NCBI GenBank assembly: GCA_964440775.1
Contig: CAYTXJ010000002.1
Location: 1 to 43,598 of the forward strand
Length of the DNA: 43,598 bases
Origin: an uncultured Desulfobacteraceae bacterium
GTDB lineage: Bacteria > Desulfobacterota > DSM-4660 > Desulfatiglandales > JALVMZ01
Direction of reading: 5' to 3'
Of the stretch, positions 27,047 to 35,184 are shown in pieces. The translations under genes and the position numbers were made by a program. The first letter of the stretch is position 1; each line of letters starts with the position of its first letter. The notes beneath the pieces are model-generated. The model was given only the letters and a program-made list of their open reading frames with translations, did no database searches and was not told where the DNA came from.

Positions 27047-27811
27047 CTATTTCTCTCTATCCTGTCTCTTACTTGCAGGTAAAAATGCCAACAGTTTTTG
27101 TTCAATTATCCTAGGGTTATCTCCATTTGAAAGAGATATTATCCCCTGAATCATTAATTCTTTTTCAAGCATCTCTTCCTTACTCCTTGTCTTTAACTTT
27201 CCTGCGATAGGAAGACAGATGATATTTGCCATAATTGATCCATAAAAAGTTGTCAGTAAAGCCACTGCCATTGCCGGGCCTATCCTACTTGGATCATCCA
27301 TGGTCTGTAACATCTGAACAAGGCCAATTAGTGTTCCAATCATACCCAATGCAGGAGCAAATGCACCCATGGTAGCAAATATTTCAGCGCCGAGTTGATG
27401 CCTGTTTCTTATAAAATCTACTTCTGTTTCCAATATCTCTCTGATCTCTTGAGGTTCCAGGCCATCAATGGAAAGTTGGATGCCTTTTTTCAGAAAATCA
27501 TCATTTAAATCTTTTATCTCACTTTCCAAAGAGAGTATCCCCTCTTTTCTGGATTTTTTTGCATATTCTACAAATCTCTTTATAATATCATTAAGGGATA
27601 TCTCCTTTGCAAGTATTGCCTTTTTAGCCACACCTATGACTCCTATTACATCTTTAATGGGATAATTTATCATTGTTGCTCCAAGTGTTCCTCCAACCAC
27701 AATCATAAGAGAGGGGATATTTATAAAAAGGGACAGCCCTCCACCCATAAAGATTGAAGCAATTACAAGACCAAAAGCTGCCACTATACCTAATATGGTT
27801 GCTATATCCAT
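27047..27811 (-). CDS. motA: Stator protein MotA
   Basis: MDIATILGIV..., PALGMIGTLIGLVQML, AVALLTTFYGSIMAN. The ORF track start at 27820 is TTG, so I prefer ATG 27811. Confidence 0.93.
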   Translation of the reverse strand: MDIATILGIVAAFGLVIASIFMGGGLSLFINIPSLMIVVGGTLGATMINYPIKDVIGVIGVAKKAILAKEISLNDIIKRFVEYAKKSRKEGILSLESEIKDLNDDFLKKGIQLSIDGLEPQEIREILETEVDFIRNRHQLGAEIFATMGAFAPALGMIGTLIGLVQMLQTMDDPSRIGPAMAVALLTTFYGSIMANIICLPIAGKLKTRSKEEMLEKELMIQGIISLSNGDNPRIIEQKLLAFLPASKRQDREK

Positions 27812-27852
27812 AGACTCCAACCCTACCTTTATGAATTTTCATTGGTTTTAGG

Positions 27853-27868
27853 AGCAATGTCTGTGCCA
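27853..27868 (-). promoter_or_regulatory. Sigma54 promoter P4 for the motA...fliA unit
   Basis: Minus strand reads TGGCACAGACATTGCT, a perfect TGGCAC-N5-TTGC, about 40 nt upstream of the motA ATG. Confidence 0.8.
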
Positions 27869-27942
27869 TTTTGATATGAAAACGATTATCTTTGAAAATT
27901 CAACGTGTTAGCCAAACTCAAACTAAACGAGGTGTGGAATTT

Positions 27943-27986
27943 GATGTCAATAATATATAAAGGGGATGTCAATAATTTGACACCCC
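27943..27986. promoter_or_regulatory. Direct 12-mer repeat (GATGTCAATAAT twice, 22-nt period). The second copy lies inside an imperfect hairpin. Possible activator or IHF site upstream of P4.
   Basis: gatgtcaataat at 27943-27954 and 27965-27976. ggggatgtcaataatttgacacccc at 27962-27986. The site lies 75-120 nt upstream of the -24 element. Confidence 0.25.
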
Positions 27987-27991
27987 CTATT

Positions 27992-28260
27992 GAGAGCTTT
28001 GAATTTTTTAAAGCTCTCAGAAAAAAGCTGTAAATGGAATCTGTCATTGCGAGGGTCTTAAAAGACCCATTCACCGTCATTGCGAGGAGCGTTAGCGACG
28101 AAGCAATCTCATCCATCAGCGAAGGTTCTTAGATTGCTTCAGCTCCTTCGGGGCTTCGCAATGACATGTTGCTTCACTTCGCTCGCAATGACAGGGGTCT
28201 GGTCTCCGACCCGGAAAGGGGTATAACCCCCAGTGTAAATAAGGGTTGTGCAAAGCTCTC
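27992..28260 (+). repeat. Structured intergenic repeat, copy 4 (longest, with an extra internal cattgcgag/gaagcaatc module)
   Basis: Runs from gagagctttgaattttttaaagctctc to ggggtataaccccc..tgtaaat..gtgcaaagctctc. Contains gtcattgcgag three times and its complement ctcgcaatgac once. Lies 20 nt downstream of the flgE stop. Confidence 0.9.
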
Positions 28261-28279
28261 CCTATTATCTTACCTTACT

Positions 28280-29719
28280 CTATCTTTTAATATTCATTAA
28301 TTCAGCAAGCATCTGATCTGTTACAGTAACTACCCTTGCATTGGCCTGAAAGCCCCTTTGAGTGGTTATCATCTTTACAAATTCATTTGCAAGATCCACA
28401 TTGGATTGCTCAAGAGAATTGGATGCAATGTTTCCCAGTCCATTTGTTCCGGGTTTATTGGTTATAGGATCCCCGCTAATTCTTGTCTCTTTATAGAGAT
28501 TTCCACCCACCTTATATAGGCCGTTGTTATTTTGAAATTTGGCAAGTGCAATTCTATATAGAGGTATCACCTGGCCATTGGAATACTGGCCTGTGATTAC
28601 TCCATCAGGGTCAACAGAGATAGATTGTAGATCACCTGCGCCATATCCATTTGCAGTTTGAAGTAAGGTTGTGGAAGATACTGCATACTGGGTGGTAGAC
28701 AGAGAGTCATTTACCCAGGCTGTTCCATTGAAATAGGAACCAAAATCTAATTTAATATTCATACTGCTTCCTTCAATAAATTCTGGTGTAAAGTAGAAAT
28801 ACCCTCCATTATCTTCAGCGTCACTATTGGATAGAGCGCTCCAGGTGCCATCACCATTAGCTAATTCACAGGTAATGGTATTTTCAAGACCTGACATGCT
28901 TCCAGAACCACTGTTAAATTCAATGGTTCCACGGGCTAAAAGCCCTTTATGTTTTTGATATGTTATATCTCTTTTATCCTCTGCAGGATTACATGTAACT
29001 ATATATTCCCAGATAGGATTATCAGCATCCTCACCTTTATCAAAATAGATGGTTATATCATGTGTGCTCCCTAAGGAATCATATACCTTAATAGTTGTCT
29101 GATATTCATAGTAATTGTCAGAGATATAATCTCCATCAGCATCACTTCCATCCCATTTTTCAGAAAGTGCTGTATTTGAACCCGATGAAAGATTCTGGGC
29201 TTCAGAATTCAGATTTACAATCACTTTAACCTTATCTGTTTTTGATGGAGATGAGGTAAAAGACTGAAGTTTGATATCTGTAATCGATCCAATGTCCTCG
29301 CCAGTTTCGGGGTCCAGACTCCATCCTCTAACAATATAACCTGCAGGATTTACAAAATATCCATTTTTATCAAACCTAAACTCTCCTGCTCTTGTATAAT
29401 ACTGATTATCTTCATTTTCAGGATCTCTTACTATGAAAAATCCTTCACCACCTATTGCAAGATCAGTTGAGGAGTTGGTGGATTCAAAAGAGCCTTGCAC
29501 AAAACTATTTGATATATCAGAAATCTCTGTCCCCCGTCCAACCTGTGCCATACCAGATGCAGTGGTAATTGTTTGGCTGAGGATATCCTGAAATGTCACT
29601 CTACTTGCCTTAAACCCAACTGTATTCATATTTGCGATATTATCTCCTATAACTGTCATAGCGGTGCTCAGACTATTTAATCCACTTATCCCTGAAAATA
29701 AGGATCTTGAAAGTGACAT
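28280..29719 (-). CDS. flgE: Flagellar hook protein FlgE
   Basis: MSLSRSLFSGISGLNSLSTAMTVIGDNIANMNTVGFK ... LEQSNVDLANEFVKMITTQRGFQANARV. ATG 29719 with GGAGG 8 nt upstream (the ORF track start at 29728 is GTG). Confidence 0.95.
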   Translation of the reverse strand: MSLSRSLFSGISGLNSLSTAMTVIGDNIANMNTVGFKASRVTFQDILSQTITTASGMAQVGRGTEISDISNSFVQGSFESTNSSTDLAIGGEGFFIVRDPENEDNQYYTRAGEFRFDKNGYFVNPAGYIVRGWSLDPETGEDIGSITDIKLQSFTSSPSKTDKVKVIVNLNSEAQNLSSGSNTALSEKWDGSDADGDYISDNYYEYQTTIKVYDSLGSTHDITIYFDKGEDADNPIWEYIVTCNPAEDKRDITYQKHKGLLARGTIEFNSGSGSMSGLENTITCELANGDGTWSALSNSDAEDNGGYFYFTPEFIEGSSMNIKLDFGSYFNGTAWVNDSLSTTQYAVSSTTLLQTANGYGAGDLQSISVDPDGVITGQYSNGQVIPLYRIALAKFQNNNGLYKVGGNLYKETRISGDPITNKPGTNGLGNIASNSLEQSNVDLANEFVKMITTQRGFQANARVVTVTDQMLAELMNIKR

Positions 29720-29731
29720 ATTAACCACCTC

Positions 29732-30421
29732 CTAATCTTCTTTTAAATTTATCTCAATAATATTATCAGGACTTATCTCTTTTCCTCCTTCAAGTATAAG
29801 AAAGGGGCTTCCTCCATTAAAACTTATCCCTTTAACCATTCCCTGAATCATGGTTCTATAATCCACAAGTTCATCTGTTTCATCATAGGCTTCGATTCCA
29901 AAGCTGTATATCCCGTCTTCAAGTGCCCTTCCTTCATCATCCCTTCCATCCCATTCAACTTTATGTTCTCCGGCATCTAAGATTCCCATATGAACTCTAC
30001 GCACCTCCCTTCCAAACGGGTCAAATATATGAACAGTAACATCTGCCCTTCTATCTATTGAAAAATAGGACTTCATTACTTTACCATCTCTAATTTCAAT
30101 AGAATCATCCTCTACTTTTATCTCCTTTCCGATATAATTTAATAGATTAGCATTGTTGTGAATTTTCAAATCTTTCTGGATCCCAGACAATCTATTTTCC
30201 AGATTGAAGATCTGTTCCAGTTCAGTAAATTGAGCAAGTTGTGAAGTGAATTCGATGCTATTCATGGGATTAAGAGGATCTTGATTTTTCAATTGGGTAA
30301 TTAAAAGGTTTAAAAAATCATTCATTCCAATCTGATCTCTTCTCTTTTGATCCTGAATTTTGTCTTCATATTGAGAGAGCAATTTATCTAACACATTTGG
30401 GTCTAATCCTTCTAAGTTCAT
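29732..30421 (-). CDS. flgD: Hook capping protein FlgD
   Basis: DFLNLLITQLKNQDPLNPMNSIEFTSQLAQFTELEQ and a C-terminal FlgD Ig-like region. Confidence 0.93.
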   Translation of the reverse strand: MNLEGLDPNVLDKLLSQYEDKIQDQKRRDQIGMNDFLNLLITQLKNQDPLNPMNSIEFTSQLAQFTELEQIFNLENRLSGIQKDLKIHNNANLLNYIGKEIKVEDDSIEIRDGKVMKSYFSIDRRADVTVHIFDPFGREVRRVHMGILDAGEHKVEWDGRDDEGRALEDGIYSFGIEAYDETDELVDYRTMIQGMVKGISFNGGSPFLILEGGKEISPDNIIEINLKED

Positions 30422-30446
30422 ATTATATCCCCCCTTTAGCTCTTAT

Positions 30447-32249
30447 TTAAACCATTACACTTAAATTGCTATTTTGCATCCTGTAATATCTCTCAGGCTG
30501 TATTGTCTCAATTTCCTCTTCAAATTCAAACCTCTGATTTTTGCCTCTTTTATATAATTCTTCATCTTTATGCTCCTTCTTCCCTTCTAATCCCTGATTT
30601 AGAAGATCTTTTGAAATAAATACATTTATATTATCAAGCCGTATTCCATGGTTTAAAAATAGATTTTTAATATCTTCCCTATGAGTTATTATGATATCCC
30701 TTATGCTACTATTTTCAGGAAAGAAATATATCTTACATCTCTGATCTTTTATCTTCATCTCTATCTTTATGGTTCCAAGATCAGGAGGAAATAACCTTAG
30801 GCGCAGGAAATTTTTGCCATTTTTAATTATATAATAGATTCCACTTTCAATCTGATTAAATATATAATTCCTATTTATAAAATTAACTTTAGTAGGTGTA
30901 TTTAGAATATTTTTATCTATATTATAACTTTGAGCTACATCTAATTTTAATCGTTTTTCAAAACCAACTTTTTCATCTATCTTTCTTTTAAACATATCTC
31001 CGTTCTTAGAAATGGTTATATTATCTTGAGCCACTTTAATTGAATTTCCTTTTATCTCTCCTTTATCTGAAGTATTATCTTTAAGCCTAATTATATGATT
31101 ATCCACCTTTTCAACTACTCCTTTAAATCTATTATTTATGATATCTTGCGTATTCTCCTTCTCCGCCCTATAAATATCTAAATTAAGACCACCTTTCTTC
31201 TTCATACCCTTAGATATGTCACTCAAAATATGACTTGCCTCTCTTGCACTTAAACCCAATTTCCTTAACCCAGATTCCAGCTGTAACTTATCCACCTGCT
31301 TCTGATCTAATAAGATCTTTATCAATTCATTTAGGATCTTATTATCCTTTTTAAAAAACTCTTTAATACTACTATCTTTTGAATTAAGATCTTCTAAGAA
31401 ATTACTATGCCATTTGACTAAAAGTTCATCCTTATTTATCCCCTTAATTGATTCTTCATCTATAATTGCATCCTTTTTACCCTTTATATTAGCACCGATT
31501 ATCCTATTAATATCTGTCTTCATATACTTGGATATATTACTCAATATATGACTTACACCTCTTTCGCTTAAACCTGATTGCCTAAGTTCAGATGCTAACT
31601 GGCGTCTATATTTATGACCTTCATATAAGATAAGTTTCAGCAATATATCTAAGATCTTATAAATCTTATCCTTTTCCTTAAGATTGGGATATTTTAACAG
31701 GTTATTTTTTATAAGAAATTCAGAAAATTCATCCGCCATTCCTATGTTATTTCCCTTAGTCCCCTCCACCATAAATTTATTATTTATGATAGCTTGAGTA
31801 TTATTTTCCTCCGTTTTAAAAATATCTAAATTAATATCTCCTTTCTTCTTCATACCCTTAGATATGTCACTTAAAATTTGACTTGCCTCTCTTGCACTTA
31901 AACCCAATTTCCTTAACCCAGATTCCAGCTGTAACTTATCTACCTGCTTCTGATCTAATAATATTTTTATCAATTCATATAAGATCTTTTTATCCTCCTT
32001 TTTACTTATAGATGTGATATGGCTTTTTTTGAAATTTGGTAATACTTTAAAATTATTGCTCTTATATATATTTGATTTAATAAAATTGATTAAAATATAG
32101 TTAAATAAATTAATCTGTTCTCTTTTTAATATATCTTTAAAATCTTTTGCAATCTTTATGTTACTAATTCCGGTTCTATTCATTAAGTGCTTAGAACCGC
32201 TCGGATTCAATTTTGAAAATAAGTACATTACGTGAATTAGATCTTTCAT
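30447..32249 (-). CDS. fliK: Hook-length control protein FliK with an internally duplicated central region
   Basis: C-terminal Flg_hook pattern FLRLRLFPPDLGTIKIEMKIKDQRCKIYFFPENSSIRDIIITHREDIKNLFLNHGIRLDNINV. Located upstream of flgD-flgE. Confidence 0.8.
   Translation of the reverse strand: MKDLIHVMYLFSKLNPSGSKHLMNRTGISNIKIAKDFKDILKREQINLFNYILINFIKSNIYKSNNFKVLPNFKKSHITSISKKEDKKILYELIKILLDQKQVDKLQLESGLRKLGLSAREASQILSDISKGMKKKGDINLDIFKTEENNTQAIINNKFMVEGTKGNNIGMADEFSEFLIKNNLLKYPNLKEKDKIYKILDILLKLILYEGHKYRRQLASELRQSGLSERGVSHILSNISKYMKTDINRIIGANIKGKKDAIIDEESIKGINKDELLVKWHSNFLEDLNSKDSSIKEFFKKDNKILNELIKILLDQKQVDKLQLESGLRKLGLSAREASHILSDISKGMKKKGGLNLDIYRAEKENTQDIINNRFKGVVEKVDNHIIRLKDNTSDKGEIKGNSIKVAQDNITISKNGDMFKRKIDEKVGFEKRLKLDVAQSYNIDKNILNTPTKVNFINRNYIFNQIESGIYYIIKNGKNFLRLRLFPPDLGTIKIEMKIKDQRCKIYFFPENSSIRDIIITHREDIKNLFLNHGIRLDNINVFISKDLLNQGLEGKKEHKDEELYKRGKNQRFEFEEEIETIQPERYYRMQNSNLSVMV
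31125..31340 (-). repeat. Intragenic fliK repeat unit C (aa 304-375). A degenerate unit B lies at about 31518-31664.
   Basis: KILNELIKILLDQKQVDKLQLESGLRKLGLSAREASHILSDISKGMKKKG... Unit B reads KIYKILDILLKLILYEGHKYRRQLASELRQSGLSERGVSHILSNISKYMK. Confidence 0.9.
31773..31988 (-). repeat. Intragenic fliK repeat unit A (aa 88-159)
   Basis: KILYELIKILLDQKQVDKLQLESGLRKLGLSAREASQILSDISKGMKKKG.. is near-identical at both DNA and protein level to unit C. Confidence 0.9.
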
Positions 32250-32279
32250 CCTACTGCTACTCCTTCTCTAAGTGAAGAA

Positions 32280-32295
32280 AGCAATAGGTATGCCA
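32280..32295 (-). promoter_or_regulatory. Sigma54 promoter P3 for fliK-flgD-flgE
   Basis: Minus strand reads TGGCATACCTATTGCT, followed by GAAGGAG and ATG 32249. Confidence 0.75.
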
Positions 32296-32445
32296 TAGTA
32301 AGTTTTTAATAATTTCAATTAATTATTGAGGATATATAGCATATCTATTAATTACCTGCGGAAATTATTTCAACTTATGAGAAAAATTTTCCCAATTTTT
32401 ATTCAAATTACTTGATTTATTAAATCATAACCTTTATATTTTTAT

Positions 32446-32670
32446 GAGAGCTTTGAACTTTTCAAAGCTCTCATAAAAAAGCTGTAAATGGAATCTGTCA
32501 TTGAGAGGGTCTTAAAAGACCCAAAGCAATCTGAGAATGGTTTTTGGTTCGAGGTTCGGGGGTAGAAGGGGGATGAGATTGCTTCGCTTCGCTCGCAATG
32601 ACAGGGGTCTGGTCTCCGACGCAGAGGGGAGTGTAACCCCTATTGTAAAAGGGGGCTATGTAAAGCTCTC
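32446..32670 (+). repeat. Structured intergenic repeat, copy 5
   Basis: gagagctttgaacttttcaaagctctcataaaaaagctgtaaatggaatctgtcattgagagggtcttaaaagaccc ... gattgcttcgcttcgctcgcaatgacaggggtctggtctccgac...gtgtaacccc...tgtaaagctctc. Confidence 0.9.
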
Positions 32671-32879
32671 ATTTTTTATTGAGGGATGGGTATAAAAGTT
32701 AAAAATTGGGGTCTTATTCCATATCCGCAAGATAGATTTTTAAGATCAGTAAGTGCCTCTAATTTGACGGATTTAAATTCCAAAAATTATTTTGTTAAAC
32801 CTAAACGCTCTTCTTCTCCTAAATCTTCTATTTTAAAAATTCCTAAAAAAGGAGTCTATATAGATATATATGTATAATA

Positions 32880-33416
32880 TTACCTCTTTGCCTTTCTCAA
32901 GAGTTCACATATCTTTGCTGCTCTTTGTTCATCCATAAATGATAGTATCCTTCCCACCGTCTCCCCTCTCATATGGGATAAAAGTTCAACTGAAAGATCA
33001 AGATCCACCTTTTCAAGTAATGTTGCAGCCTTTTGTGGCTTCATAGAGGAATATATCTTGACAAGGTGTTTTAGGTTATTGGCATCGATCCTATCCCTTC
33101 TTTCCCATTCAGCCTTAATCTCATCACGTAATCTCTTTAACTCCTGCAACTTCCTGTCAATCTCTTTTTCTATTAAAAGGAGCTCAGCTTTTTTTATATC
33201 TATCATTTTCTGTATATCTCTTAGTTCATCAATCCCCACATCTTCAGCTTTTTGGGTATTTTTTACCTGGATCTTTTTCTGAATCTGTCTATCAGATGCA
33301 ATGGCTGTTTTATCTTCCGGAAGAGGACAATTCAGGTAATTAAATATGGCAGCAGATAGAATTAATATCTTAATTATTATAAGCAATATTATTATAGCAG
33401 TTAACGATCTTTTCAT
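32880..33416 (-). CDS. YlxF/MotE-like flagellar protein (N-terminal TM, coiled coil, MgtE_N-like C-terminus)
   Basis: LVKIYSSMKPQKAATLLEKVDLDLSVELLSHMRGETVGRILSFMDEQRAAKI. Located between fliJ and fliK, as ylxF is in Bacillus-type fla operons. Confidence 0.65.
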   Translation of the reverse strand: MKRSLTAIIILLIIIKILILSAAIFNYLNCPLPEDKTAIASDRQIQKKIQVKNTQKAEDVGIDELRDIQKMIDIKKAELLLIEKEIDRKLQELKRLRDEIKAEWERRDRIDANNLKHLVKIYSSMKPQKAATLLEKVDLDLSVELLSHMRGETVGRILSFMDEQRAAKICELLRKAKR

Positions 33417-33862
33417 ACAACCACTTCCCTATTCATTATCACTAATTCATCATTTAGCTTTTGGAGCATCTTTTCAAATTCTCTATTCTCTTTATCCTTT
33501 ATCCTTTCAATCAACTTTTCCATCACCTTCTTTTCTATTGATTTTGAAATCCAGTCTCTTTCCAGCTTTCTTAACTGCTCATGTATTATCAATAACTGTC
33601 TGCTTAGATTTTCTAAATCATTTTTTAAAATTTCTATATATTGATTGTATATAATAAGTTTATTACCCTCTATACCATTATAAAGCCTTTCTTTTAAAAT
33701 ATTCCTGTATATCACTATTTTTTTACTATTTTCCTCTCTAAGTTTCTGAATCTCTTTATATTCTTCATCCTTTTCTTTTAATCTCTTCAAGGTTATCATC
33801 TCTTGAAGATGTCTATATCTGAGTATCTTTTTGAATCTTTGTTCCCTTTTCATCAACATCAA
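33413..33862 (-). CDS. fliJ: Flagellar export protein FliJ
   Basis: 149-aa all-helical protein directly after fliI. N-terminus REQRFKKILRYRHLQE is FliJ-like. Confidence 0.75.
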   Translation of the reverse strand: MMLMKREQRFKKILRYRHLQEMITLKRLKEKDEEYKEIQKLREENSKKIVIYRNILKERLYNGIEGNKLIIYNQYIEILKNDLENLSRQLLIIHEQLRKLERDWISKSIEKKVMEKLIERIKDKENREFEKMLQKLNDELVIMNREVVV

Positions 33863-35184
33863 TCTTTAAATAGAGATTTAAGTTTGGTAACTGAATCTTC
33901 CATATCAGAGCCCTCTTCCATATCCTGTTTCAAAAACTCCTCTATCTTATTCATCATCTTAATTGCATAATCTATCTCTGGGTTACTCCCCTCTTTATAT
34001 GCCCCTATATTTATAAGATCTTCGGCATCTCTATAAATTGATACAATATTTATCAATCTTTTAGCATATTCTCTATGCTCTCTATCTACTATAAGCGGCA
34101 TAAGTCTACTTATACTTTTAAGGATATCAACTGCAGGATAGTGCCCTCTGTTTGCTAAATCTCTTGATAGCACAATATGGCCATCTACAATTGATCTAAT
34201 TGCATCCCCAATAGGATCATTTATATCATCTGCCTCTATAAGCACATTATAAATTCCTGTTATACTTCCCTTTCCTTCTATACTCCCTGCTCTCTCTAAT
34301 ATCTTTGGAAGTGTGCTAAAGACTGAAGGGGTATATCCTTTGGTGGAGGGGGGTTCTCCGATCGCAAGGCCTACTTCTCTCAGTGCCATAGCAAATCGGG
34401 TAATGGAGTCCATTATTAAAAGCACATCTTTTCCCATATCCCTAAAATACTCAGAGATTGCAGTAGCAAGATATGCCGCTCTTATCCTTATAAGTGCGGG
34501 GCTATCTGCGGTTGCAACTACCAAAATACTCTTTGCCCTTGTTTCATCATTGAGATTATTTTCTAAAAATTCCTTTACCTCTCTACCTCTTTCACCAATA
34601 AGTGCAATAACTCGCACATCTGCCTTTGTGTTTTTGACCATCATCCCCATAAGCACGCTTTTCCCTACACCAGATCCTGCCATTATTGCTATTCTCTGTC
34701 CTTTACCTATGGTAAAGAGGGAATTGATTGAGCGTATTCCCACATCCAGATATTCACAGATAATGGCCCTTTTAAGTGGATTTATAGAATTACTATAGAG
34801 TGGGTACTCCTTATCTCCCCATAAGGGACCTTTCCCGTCTAAGGGATTACCCAATCCATCAATAACCCTTCCAAGGTATTGATCACCTACCATAATGGAG
34901 GGGCTCTCTTTTACAAATATTAAGGGGCTTCCAGGCTCAATCCCTTCCATATCGCCATATGGCATAACAATTATCTTTCTCTCTTTAAACCCTACCACTT
35001 CAGCTGGAATTGACATACCCTTATTGTTAATAATATTACATATGGATCCCACACTCAATTTAGGCCCATCAGCTTCCGCAATGATACCTCTTATCTTTAT
35101 TATATGTCCAATAGTCTGAATCTCTTTACACTCTTGAACTGTCCTTAGATATTCATCCCAATTTCTCTTTAATGCATTAAGCAT
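33859..35184 (-). CDS. fliI: Flagellum-specific ATPase FliI
   Basis: Walker A MAGSGVGKSVLMGMM, Walker B VLLIMDSITRFA, PSTKGYTPSVF. I chose ATG 35184; the ORF track start at 35214 is TTG. Confidence 0.95.
   Translation of the reverse strand: MLNALKRNWDEYLRTVQECKEIQTIGHIIKIRGIIAEADGPKLSVGSICNIINNKGMSIPAEVVGFKERKIIVMPYGDMEGIEPGSPLIFVKESPSIMVGDQYLGRVIDGLGNPLDGKGPLWGDKEYPLYSNSINPLKRAIICEYLDVGIRSINSLFTIGKGQRIAIMAGSGVGKSVLMGMMVKNTKADVRVIALIGERGREVKEFLENNLNDETRAKSILVVATADSPALIRIRAAYLATAISEYFRDMGKDVLLIMDSITRFAMALREVGLAIGEPPSTKGYTPSVFSTLPKILERAGSIEGKGSITGIYNVLIEADDINDPIGDAIRSIVDGHIVLSRDLANRGHYPAVDILKSISRLMPLIVDREHREYAKRLINIVSIYRDAEDLINIGAYKEGSNPEIDYAIKMMNKIEEFLKQDMEEGSDMEDSVTKLKSLFKD

Noticed and set aside
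26634-27149. Long antisense plus-strand ORFs inside minus-strand genes. Examples: 26634-27149 (171 aa), 34313-34798 (161 aa), 25911-26267, 16411-16755, 14436-14771, 10368-10691, 33346-33654, 35490-35786, 36976-37275 and the smaller ones in the track.
   Set aside because: All lie opposite genes with clear family signatures and encode Ser/Phe/Leu/Ile-rich low-complexity peptides. That is the expected antisense product of Lys/Glu/Asn-rich AT-rich genes. None has an RBS or a conserved motif.
27654-27869. 71-aa minus-strand ORF overlapping the motA 5' end
   Set aside because: It is in a different frame from a strongly supported motA and begins inside the sigma54 promoter. The sequence is Trp/Tyr/Cys-rich and looks like nonsense.
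27886-28116. 76-aa minus-strand ORF (MDEIASSLTLLAMTVNGSFKTLAMTDSIYSFFLRALKNS...)
   Set aside because: It lies almost entirely within repeat copy 4, and its peptide is just a translation of the cattgcgag/ctgtaaatgg modules. Equivalent frames in other copies are interrupted. It has no RBS.
32686-32877. 63-aa plus-strand ORF between repeat copy 5 and the ylxF-like stop codon
   Set aside because: The protein is basic and low-complexity. GAGGG lies directly against the ATG, so the spacing is unusable. It is convergent with and abuts a real gene. In AT-rich intergenic DNA such ORFs arise easily. It is kept only as a remote possibility.
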